Positions 11,152 to 18,923 of a stretch of DNA of 64,000 bases are shown one piece after another. The stretch's first letter is position 1. Every line of letters starts with the position of its first letter. Origin of the DNA: Lachnospiraceae bacterium (lineage in GTDB: Bacteria; Bacillota; Clostridia; Lachnospirales; Lachnospiraceae); NCBI GenBank assembly GCA_017440045.1, contig JAFSIA010000011.1, positions 96-64,095 of the forward strand, written 5' to 3'. A model generated the notes under the pieces. The model worked only from the letters and a program-made list of their open reading frames with translations. It ran no database searches and had not been told where the DNA came from. The position numbers were made by a program, and so were the translations under genes.

Positions 11152-13821
11152 TTACATATCACCAAAAAGACTCGCCTGCTCAAATTCAAGTTTAGCATAA
11201 TCCATCTTTTCATTGTCAACGTGACTGCTGTAATCGACCACAACCGTCTGCTGACGACCATCTATAAGCTTTTGACCTAATATATAGTTCACATCAAATC
11301 TGCCTGTTATGGCCGGCGTCACACCTCTTGCGGGAACCACAAGCTGTACATTATTTGTCTTAAGCAGTTTAAAAATTGGCTCCCAGATATAAATATCTTT
11401 TGCTGCACCAAACGGATTATCGATAAAGATGACCTTTCTAAGTCCTGTGTCCTTATCTCTTGAATTGATTGATGCAATATAATTGATAATGGCAATAAGG
11501 AACTGTATATAAATACCCTGAGACTGACCGGTACTTCCTACTGCCTCCTCATATCTTAAATATCTGCTCTGCTCCTTTATACGCTCGCGTTTATAAAGGT
11601 TAAGCTTTATACCATTCATATCTGTAACAATAACAGAGAAAAGCTTCTTCCAAGACAATCTGCTCTTTATATATTTAATTCTCTCTGCTTCATTCTTCAT
11701 GTCGTCAGCCATCTTTGTTGTCTCATCAATATATTGAGACATCTTGAATTTGTACTGGTCCTCTTTAACGTATGGCACATTTAAATTGATAATGGAAATA
11801 ACTTCGTCATCCATAGTTATCTTTGACTGCTTTGGTAGTCTGTCCAGCTCATTTTTAATGTTTACACATGTCTGTATACACTGATTTTCAAAGTTATCCT
11901 TTATCTTTTCCATATCATCAATGCTCTTACCAACTCTGTCCTTTTCAAGCTCTAAGCATCTGCAAATTTCCTTTAACGACGCCATAAGTTCATCTGTTTC
12001 TCTCACATTAAGAGGCATTGACACACTTCTCTTCATCTCATCTGACAAGCCCTCTGCACCAAGCTTTCTCAATATATCAGAAAGCATTCCTCTCTCCTGC
12101 TCGAACTCTGATTTCTTATCAGATAAATCCTTTGTATACTTATCAAACTTCTCAAGTACTGTGCCTATAGTTTCCTCGAAATCCGCCTCTGCCATCGCGT
12201 ACTGGCTGTAATCCTCCTGCTTTGAGGCATATATGCCCGCTCTATCCATAACCTTTGCAACATCCTTCTTAAGGACATCATACTTACCTGCATTTTTCTG
12301 CGTAGCTAAAAGGGCTTCTCTAACCTTTTCCAACTCTCTTCCCACAGCATCTACCTGCAATTTCTTATCTTCGATAAAGGAAGCAAAATCGCCATTTTCC
12401 ACTGCAACCGGCGTATACTGGCCATATTTTTCTTCCATAGCCGCCTTGCCGTGAGCTATGGCACCCTCAAGTCTATCCTTGCGGCTTCTAAGCTTTGCAA
12501 TCTTTGCCACATAGGAGTCAAGCTTTGCCTTGGCATTCTCAATATTTTCCTTAAGTTCTAAAAGCTCTTCCTTCGATATCTCTCTGCCTGTAAGTGCCTC
12601 ATACTTAGCCTTTACATCCTCCACAAATAAGCCCTTGTAGTCTATAGCCTGCAATGACTTCTCCATAGCAATATCATAGTTTTCAACGAGCTTCTGTTTA
12701 TCAGAAATATCTGCGCTGTCACTTTCTAATGCGCCAATAAGACCTTTTACCCTTGATTCTAATTCCACATCAGACATGGCTGATACAGCATAATTGCCCT
12801 CTTTATAATATTTTCTATATGCACTAAGCTTGTTGTCACATAATTCCTTCTGCTTTTTAAGACCCTCTATATGTCTCTTTCTCTCCTTGGACTGGTTAAC
12901 CTCAGCCTCATATCTCGCCTTGGCATCATCAATTTCCTTTTCGAGCTTCTTTACCTTAACTGAAGCCATAGATAACTTTGAAGATACCTTCGACGCCTGT
13001 TCTATAAGCTCCCTAATAGATTCAAGCTCCTTTAACTCTCTCTCTCCATCTATAATACTACCCTCAAGAATAGTACTGCTTGAAGCAAAATCAGCTAAAG
13101 TCTTATCTATATCAGAAAGGTCTGCTTGCTTTTCAGACAGCTTTACTTCCAGCTCCTTTATAGCATTTCTAAGATAATCATAGTGTTCATTTGCCTCTTC
13201 AATCTGTGAAAGATACACAGCTTCATACTCTTTGGCAAAGTCATAATCATCCTGCAACAGTTTAACCTTCTCTGAAATACGCTCAAGCTTAAATGACAAA
13301 TCTTCTATCTGGCTGACAGTTTTTGTTATCTCTTTTTCAATCAACTTCTCATCTGTGAAAAGCTTACTGTCACCCATAACAAACATCATATTCATATTGT
13401 CCATAATATGGCCTGTGCCCTCAATAGCCTTAATGGATATAACCGGCACAGCATAGTCACCAAGCTCCAACTCACTTAATCTGTCATCAGAAATAATAGT
13501 CTGATAATCTCTTAATACAACAATACTATATGGAAGCACAGGGATTCTGTGAAGAATATCCTCTCGCTCTGAGGCACTTCTCCCTTTGAGATAATCAGCA
13601 CCATACATAACAGCATCGCCATGGTATCTTTCCATATATTCCATAACTTTGCCTGCTTCCTTTGCAACACCTACCGGACATCCAGTCTTTAGCTGCTCTA
13701 CGTACACACGCTTATATCCCAAGCTATCATTATATGACTGCTCCTCAAGCATAGCATCTTTGCTTCTAAGCTTAATGCTTTCGATAAGTGACTTAAGGCT
13801 ACTTTCCCCATAGATTTCCAT
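11152..13821 (-). CDS. MukB/JetC-like SMC-family ATPase, C-terminal segment (coiled coil + C-terminal head)
   Basis: 889-aa ORF with a long E/K/L-rich heptad-like sequence. The C-terminal head has the signature-like GSTGQSQG and Walker B VIFIDNPFG (11407-11433). The ATG at 13819-13821 lies one codon after an in-frame TAG. Confidence 0.75.
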   Translation of the reverse strand: MEIYGESSLKSLIESIKLRSKDAMLEEQSYNDSLGYKRVYVEQLKTGCPVGVAKEAGKVMEYMERYHGDAVMYGADYLKGRSASEREDILHRIPVLPYSIVVLRDYQTIISDDRLSELELGDYAVPVISIKAIEGTGHIMDNMNMMFVMGDSKLFTDEKLIEKEITKTVSQIEDLSFKLERISEKVKLLQDDYDFAKEYEAVYLSQIEEANEHYDYLRNAIKELEVKLSEKQADLSDIDKTLADFASSSTILEGSIIDGERELKELESIRELIEQASKVSSKLSMASVKVKKLEKEIDDAKARYEAEVNQSKERKRHIEGLKKQKELCDNKLSAYRKYYKEGNYAVSAMSDVELESRVKGLIGALESDSADISDKQKLVENYDIAMEKSLQAIDYKGLFVEDVKAKYEALTGREISKEELLELKENIENAKAKLDSYVAKIAKLRSRKDRLEGAIAHGKAAMEEKYGQYTPVAVENGDFASFIEDKKLQVDAVGRELEKVREALLATQKNAGKYDVLKKDVAKVMDRAGIYASKQEDYSQYAMAEADFEETIGTVLEKFDKYTKDLSDKKSEFEQERGMLSDILRKLGAEGLSDEMKRSVSMPLNVRETDELMASLKEICRCLELEKDRVGKSIDDMEKIKDNFENQCIQTCVNIKNELDRLPKQSKITMDDEVISIINLNVPYVKEDQYKFKMSQYIDETTKMADDMKNEAERIKYIKSRLSWKKLFSVIVTDMNGIKLNLYKRERIKEQSRYLRYEEAVGSTGQSQGIYIQFLIAIINYIASINSRDKDTGLRKVIFIDNPFGAAKDIYIWEPIFKLLKTNNVQLVVPARGVTPAITGRFDVNYILGQKLIDGRQQTVVVDYSSHVDNEKMDYAKLEFEQASLFGDM

Positions 13822-13824
13822 AAG

Positions 13825-14067
13825 CTACTTAGCCTTAGACTCCACCTCTGAAAGTCTTGTCTTTGTATCAATATTATCGCTTAGAGCCTTATTCAGTCTG
13901 TCCATCTCCACATTCATATCGTGAATTGCATATTCAAGCTCATGCTTTTTCTCTAATGAAGCATTTACACTATCCCTATTTTTCACAAGAAGTGTCTTAG
14001 CCTCATTTAGCTTAGCTTTACCTCTCTCTATTTCACCGCGGACATCTGATACCATATAAAGGTCCAA
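13825..14067 (-). CDS. 80-codon coiled-coil fragment lying in the same frame between the two halves of the SMC-like gene
   Basis: It is in the same reading frame as 14113..15594 and 11152..13821 and is bounded by in-frame TAG codons at 14113-14115 and 13825-13827. The ORF-track start is a TTG. Independent translation is doubtful. Confidence 0.35.
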   Translation of the reverse strand: MDLYMVSDVRGEIERGKAKLNEAKTLLVKNRDSVNASLEKKHELEYAIHDMNVEMDRLNKALSDNIDTKTRLSEVESKAK

Positions 14068-14112
14068 ACTTCCCTTTCTCTCAGCTATCTCCCTATTAAG
14101 GTCTGCCTCCTG

Positions 14113-15594
14113 CTACCTCAGGTCATTTACAAGATATTCATTTACAGCCTTCTCACCCTGGCTATTTCTTATGCTTTCAGACAGCTCATCCAATAGCTGT
14201 GACTCCATAGCAAGAATTCGCTCTTCCTTTGTTATCTCGTTATCAATAAATTGCTGCTGCTTGCATATTCTCTCCCACACCTGGCCTACTGCCTCTGTTA
14301 CCTGGGTAAGAAGCTCTCCCTTATCCTTTAGACATGAATCGATAAGCTCTCTCATCTCATCACGCTGACTCTTGTAATAAACATAATCAGCGTAATCATT
14401 GATACTCTCCTTTAATGTAAGCTCCTCATTAGCTTCCTTTAAATCGATAGACGCTAAGCCCTGCTCACTTATAAGTTCCTCAATGTCCTTTGAAAGGTCC
14501 ATAGCTTCAGCTTCATTTCCACTGATTTTCGCACTATCAATAAGACTCTCAATCTGGTTTTTCTCATCGTTGAGTGCCTGTTCCTTATCCTTTAAAACAA
14601 TTGCTTCCTGCTCATCCTTAAGGCTCATATATTCCAGAGCATAGAAGCATTTTAAAATGCTCTCGTTTATATCTTCCCTGCCGAAATAAAGCTGCTTAAT
14701 AGACTGAACTCTTGATGCAAAGCCATCAATAACTTCAATCTGTCTGTCAAAGCTCTGTATATCTTCCTTCTTTTTAGCAAGCTCCAATAGCTTGTCCTTA
14801 ATATCAAGAAGTGTCTTTGCCATATAATCAGATTCGCCTTCGCTATCAGTCTGATTGACAAAGGATTTTTGTATAATTTCCTCTATGAGCAAATCCTCTA
14901 CAACCTTTCTGGTTGTCTTGTAATTTGTCTCAAAATATGTTCTAACGTGACCCTCAGTTTTATTGATACCTCGGATTATTTCCCATTCGCTCTCATAGAG
15001 ACCGTAATTCGCAATAAATCTCTGATAGTCACCCTTTCTCTCAAAAATCTTAATCTCAAGACTTAAATCCTTCTTCTCCAACTCTCGAAGATACGCCTTT
15101 AAGCCATTGTAAGTAATCCTCTCCTTGCCGTTTGAAAGGGGAAGATTTTTAATATCATTATCATTAAACTCTCGATAAAAAATTACATAGTTAAAATACT
15201 CTATTGCTGCGTTTTCCTTAACAGGGCCTGCCGCCATCTCCTGACCGTCGTCAGCTGCCGCATCATCCTTGGCTTTTCTTGCACAAAAGCCTGTAAGCAT
15301 ATACTTGTAGTTATTCTTTACATGGGCATCACTGAGTCTCCACTCAATAAGTGAGTGGATAGTCTTACTGCCATCTGATGTTCTAAAAAGCTTCTCTATT
15401 GGCTGCTTCTCATCTAATGTACAATTTGGTATAAGATTCTGCAAAAGAAGAAGCATAAGCACACTTTTTCCTCCACCATTTGCCAAATCATAAATGGTGT
15501 TTTTGCAGGAAAAACGCATAAGAAAATCGTCATAATACTGTGTGCCGAAGTTGTATTTTACATTATTTACACGAATTCTGTTAATGTGTGGCAT
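14113..15594 (-). CDS. MukB/JetC-like SMC-family ATPase, N-terminal segment (N-terminal head + coiled coil)
   Basis: 493-aa ORF beginning MPHINRIRVNNVKYNFG, with Walker A DLANGGGKSV (about 15463-15480) followed by coiled-coil-like sequence. The start overlaps the upstream ORF by 14 nt. Confidence 0.75.
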   Translation of the reverse strand: MPHINRIRVNNVKYNFGTQYYDDFLMRFSCKNTIYDLANGGGKSVLMLLLLQNLIPNCTLDEKQPIEKLFRTSDGSKTIHSLIEWRLSDAHVKNNYKYMLTGFCARKAKDDAAADDGQEMAAGPVKENAAIEYFNYVIFYREFNDNDIKNLPLSNGKERITYNGLKAYLRELEKKDLSLEIKIFERKGDYQRFIANYGLYESEWEIIRGINKTEGHVRTYFETNYKTTRKVVEDLLIEEIIQKSFVNQTDSEGESDYMAKTLLDIKDKLLELAKKKEDIQSFDRQIEVIDGFASRVQSIKQLYFGREDINESILKCFYALEYMSLKDEQEAIVLKDKEQALNDEKNQIESLIDSAKISGNEAEAMDLSKDIEELISEQGLASIDLKEANEELTLKESINDYADYVYYKSQRDEMRELIDSCLKDKGELLTQVTEAVGQVWERICKQQQFIDNEITKEERILAMESQLLDELSESIRNSQGEKAVNEYLVNDLR

Positions 15595-16297
15595 CGTCTT
15601 TTTCTCCTCTTAAAATCTCGTACAAACGTCCCTTGTAGCTCTCAAAATAATTTTCTATAAGTGCCTTGAATTTATCCTTTGGATAGTATCTGCCCTCCGA
15701 CTCAAGCATAAGTCCCTCTGCTGTCAAAAAGTTAAAAACGAGCTTTACAAAACCGGCCTTTGAACCTCTTGATGCTCTGATGGAAATATCTTCTCCGGAT
15801 ACAACCGGCATATCCTCCCAGACCAATGCCAGCTCTTTAAAGCTTCCTGCCTCTACCTCATCTACCGCAAGCACCGACAGATTGCTTATGATTCCTGAAA
15901 GTGTAGAATCAACACTGGCTATTATATCCTCCTGCTTTACATACTCCACGTATGTATAATTTGCCGAATCGTTATAAAACATTGTGATAATGTTGTATAT
16001 GATAAAATAACACAAATAGAGCTCTCTATTGAGCTTTACACCAATGGCTTTTTTAAGCTCTTCATTGGTATAACCAAAGGTTTTGTTATTCTCTCCCGGA
16101 CTTATGTACAAGCCATAATTATGTTCGAATATGTTGATATTTAATTTCTTTAAAATAGTTTCCACCATATCATAGACTTCGCTGTTGTTCTGATACTCCT
16201 GATATAAGCTGGCATTCTCGCCATTTCTGTCAACTGCTCTGCCTGTTATAAGCTCAGAAACTATATCTAATGCTCTCTCAAGATTTCTGTTTGTCAT
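15581..16297 (-). CDS. 238-aa protein in the MukE/JetB (KITE) position of the triad
   Basis: Size and gene order match (about 500 aa, then about 240 aa, then SMC-like), and it is translationally coupled to the ATPase gene. I recognise no motif directly. Confidence 0.5.
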   Translation of the reverse strand: MTNRNLERALDIVSELITGRAVDRNGENASLYQEYQNNSEVYDMVETILKKLNINIFEHNYGLYISPGENNKTFGYTNEELKKAIGVKLNRELYLCYFIIYNIITMFYNDSANYTYVEYVKQEDIIASVDSTLSGIISNLSVLAVDEVEAGSFKELALVWEDMPVVSGEDISIRASRGSKAGFVKLVFNFLTAEGLMLESEGRYYPKDKFKALIENYFESYKGRLYEILRGEKDDATH

Positions 16298-16309
16298 AAG
16301 CTCTCCTTC

Positions 16310-17833
16310 TTACGCTACCCTCTGGAAATATATATTTGAAATCTCAAATATTCCCTCCAGACTCACCTTGTCATCATCATCGAATGTTAAGCTAAATGCC
16401 AATTCCGACATACCCTTTGCAGCCTCCTTTAGCTCAGCCTCAAAGAATGTATCTGTGTCCTTAGCCACCTCATCTATATCGTAACTCTTCTTTTGGCACA
16501 TATGTACCAACATAGAATAGTAATCTCCATTTTTATATACACCTTCAAAAATAGTTGATAAATGCTCGTTGAAGCTTCTTAAATCAAAGCCCTCTCCAAC
16601 CTGGCATCCACTTAGCTTATCAAGCAATATTTTTATAAGTGTAACGTAGTTGCTGCTGATACGCTGCTCCTCTACCTCGTCCTCGTAGATATAGGTTACA
16701 GCCGTTGCATTTTCCTTTACCTTTTCACCCTTCTCATCACTGGCAGGCTTTGCCATGAGCAGCCTGTCAATTGAAGTGAGTGAAAATTGCTTTTTTGTAT
16801 TCAAATTAAGAATAGGGATAATCATTGATTCAAGCATCTGACTATCACCCTTATTCATCATAGTTCTAAGTGCATCCTTGAAATTAAAGCTTCTTCTAAG
16901 CTTTGAGAACTTGGCTCCCGATATAATTTCATCAGCCTTTATCTGCAAGTCCGTACACGCCGCCAATAACTCCGAATGCTTTGTTATAGCCTTTTTAAGC
17001 TCTGCCTCCAAATAGAAAATCTCAGATGATGTATCAGTATTTTCTGCATCCCTGTCACCTAATGATTCAACTCGCTTTGCTGCCTCTCGCACAAGCTCCA
17101 TATTTCTCACAAAGAGCTTTTGCTCATCCTCGAACCAACGCATTCCTGTATTTACAAATTCCTCGTATGCTCTGGCACCCTCAAATACATCATAGCTTAA
17201 GATATTTAGTACCTCATTTTTTCTGGCTTTAAGTCTGCCAACCTCACTGTTGATTCGCTTTATGACCTCGATACCACCTCTGAAATTGCTGGCTGCAATC
17301 ATTTTAGACAAGAGAACCTGTGCCACACTGATAGAGCTCTCATCCTTTATTTCCTTTGTATCAAGATAAAACTCTATAGCATCAGACGTAATATAATAAC
17401 AGATAACATCATCCTTTATTCTACTGTCTATAAGCTTCATTCGAACTGTTTTCTGTTTTTTATCTGCCGGGTCAAAATATGAGTAAGAAAAAGGTCTACC
17501 ATCATTTTTAATCTTATCAAAAATATATGCAGAAAGCTCTGCTTCCTCCTCACTATCAATGGCAAGCATAAAATCTCTTCTATAGATATCATGGACAAAG
17601 CTCTTGTATTCCTCGTAGGTTACATCCTTCTCGCGGAAGTTATTTTCTTCAATAAAAAAGCGCAATACTGCCATCAAAATATAACCCATATCCAGCTGCT
17701 CATAACGGCCTCCCGCAAACTGGGAGAATGCACCGTCTGTCAGCTTGAAGTATGGGTAATACTTCTTGATGTTCAGCATACGCTCACTATGGTCCTGTAT
17801 AATATCTCTCGTCAGAATATATTCTTCTGCCAT
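16310..17833 (-). CDS. 507-aa protein in the MukF/JetA (kleisin) position of the triad
   Basis: Size and gene order match. It starts 39 nt downstream of the recR stop and ends 12 nt before the next ORF. I recognise no motif directly. Confidence 0.5.
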   Translation of the reverse strand: MAEEYILTRDIIQDHSERMLNIKKYYPYFKLTDGAFSQFAGGRYEQLDMGYILMAVLRFFIEENNFREKDVTYEEYKSFVHDIYRRDFMLAIDSEEEAELSAYIFDKIKNDGRPFSYSYFDPADKKQKTVRMKLIDSRIKDDVICYYITSDAIEFYLDTKEIKDESSISVAQVLLSKMIAASNFRGGIEVIKRINSEVGRLKARKNEVLNILSYDVFEGARAYEEFVNTGMRWFEDEQKLFVRNMELVREAAKRVESLGDRDAENTDTSSEIFYLEAELKKAITKHSELLAACTDLQIKADEIISGAKFSKLRRSFNFKDALRTMMNKGDSQMLESMIIPILNLNTKKQFSLTSIDRLLMAKPASDEKGEKVKENATAVTYIYEDEVEEQRISSNYVTLIKILLDKLSGCQVGEGFDLRSFNEHLSTIFEGVYKNGDYYSMLVHMCQKKSYDIDEVAKDTDTFFEAELKEAAKGMSELAFSLTFDDDDKVSLEGIFEISNIYFQRVA

Positions 17834-17872
17834 CTGATAACTTGCCCCTTTGTACTAAATTCCTGCAGACAC

Positions 17873-18469
17873 CTACAGCTCCGTTCTGCCCTCCAAGGCA
17901 CGAAGAAGTGTAATCTCGTCAATGTATTCCAGGTCACCTCCAACCGGAACACCGCTGGCTATTCGACTCACCTTTATACCTGTAGGTTTAACCAGCTTAG
18001 ATATATAAACTGCTGTAGCCTCGCCCTCAACACTTGAGTTTGTCGCCACAATAATCTCATCTACATCACCGCGAAGTCTCTCCATAAGCTCCTTTAAACG
18101 AATATCATTTGGACCTATGCCAAGCATTGGTGATATTGCCCCATGAAGCACATGGTAAACTCCATCAAACTTACCTGTTCTCTCATATGCCGCCATGTCT
18201 CTTGTCTGTTCAACAACCATAATAACCTTATGGTTTCTCTTAGTGCTCTCACAAATAGGACAATATTCCCTGTCTGTAAGGGTACAGCAGGACTTACAAT
18301 ACTTTACATTCTTCCTTGCTGTGACAATGGCAGATGCCAGGCTTTCTGCCTGTTCCTTAGGCATATTTATAACATGAAATGCAAGTCTTCCCGCAGACTT
18401 GGCGCCAATACCGGGAAGCTTTGCAAACTCTTCAATCAATTTTGATATATGACTGCTATAGTAATCCAT
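17873..18469 (-). CDS. recR: recombination protein RecR
   Basis: 198 aa with helix-hairpin-helix [14 protein letters not shown], a C4 zinc finger ([16 protein letters not shown]) and a Toprim region. Confidence 0.95.
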   Translation of the reverse strand: MDYYSSHISKLIEEFAKLPGIGAKSAGRLAFHVINMPKEQAESLASAIVTARKNVKYCKSCCTLTDREYCPICESTKRNHKVIMVVEQTRDMAAYERTGKFDGVYHVLHGAISPMLGIGPNDIRLKELMERLRGDVDEIIVATNSSVEGEATAVYISKLVKPTGIKVSRIASGVPVGGDLEYIDEITLLRALEGRTEL

Positions 18470-18819
18470 TAGAAAGGAAATCCTCCTCCGAGACCGCCTG
18501 TAATCTTAGCCATCTGCGCCTGTGAAACCTTCTCCATCTCACGTAAAGCTTCATTTGTAGCCGCTACGATTAAATCCTGAAGCATCTCTACATCATCTGG
18601 GTCTAAAACCTCTGGGTCAATCTCTACAGACTTAACTTCCTTCTTACCTGTTACAGTTACCTTAACAGCACCGCCACCTGCAGCTGCTGTTATCTCCTTC
18701 TCTTCAAGCTCCTTTGTAGTCTCCTCCATCTGCTTCTGCATCTTCTGAGCCTGCTTCATTAAATTGTTCATATTTCCTGGCATACCCATGCCACCTGGAA
18801 ATCCACCTCTTCTAGCCAT
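18469..18819 (-). CDS. ybaB: nucleoid-associated protein YbaB/EbfC
   Basis: 116 aa ([18 protein letters not shown]...). Sits in the classic dnaX-ybaB-recR arrangement. Confidence 0.92.
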   Translation of the reverse strand: MARRGGFPGGMGMPGNMNNLMKQAQKMQKQMEETTKELEEKEITAAAGGGAVKVTVTGKKEVKSVEIDPEVLDPDDVEMLQDLIVAATNEALREMEKVSQAQMAKITGGLGGGFPF

Positions 18820-18854
18820 GTTTCTCTTTCCTTTCTTTTTTTAATTTGTTTTTA

Positions 18855-18923
18855 CGCGTTAGCTGTATGCTCCGTTTCTTCGAAACTCCCGCATACAGAT
18901 AATTCATAACTTCGAGCTAACGC
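18855..18923 (-). repeat. structured intergenic element, copy 1 (between dnaX stop and ybaB start)
   Basis: Nested inverted repeats: gcgttagc/gctaacgc, tgtatgc/gcataca and gtttc-ttc-gaaac. The core gtatgctccgtttcttcgaaactcccgcatac (18865-18896) recurs at 37566-37597 and, in degenerate form, at 39701-39731. Confidence 0.7.

Noticed and set aside
13825-14115. Genetic-code reassignment or pyrrolysine as an explanation for the in-frame TAG codons.
   Set aside because: atpG (633-635), recR (17873-17875) and dnaX (18923-18925) all terminate with TAG at their expected C-termini, so TAG is a normal stop in this genome. No pyl genes or methyltransferase context occur in the window.
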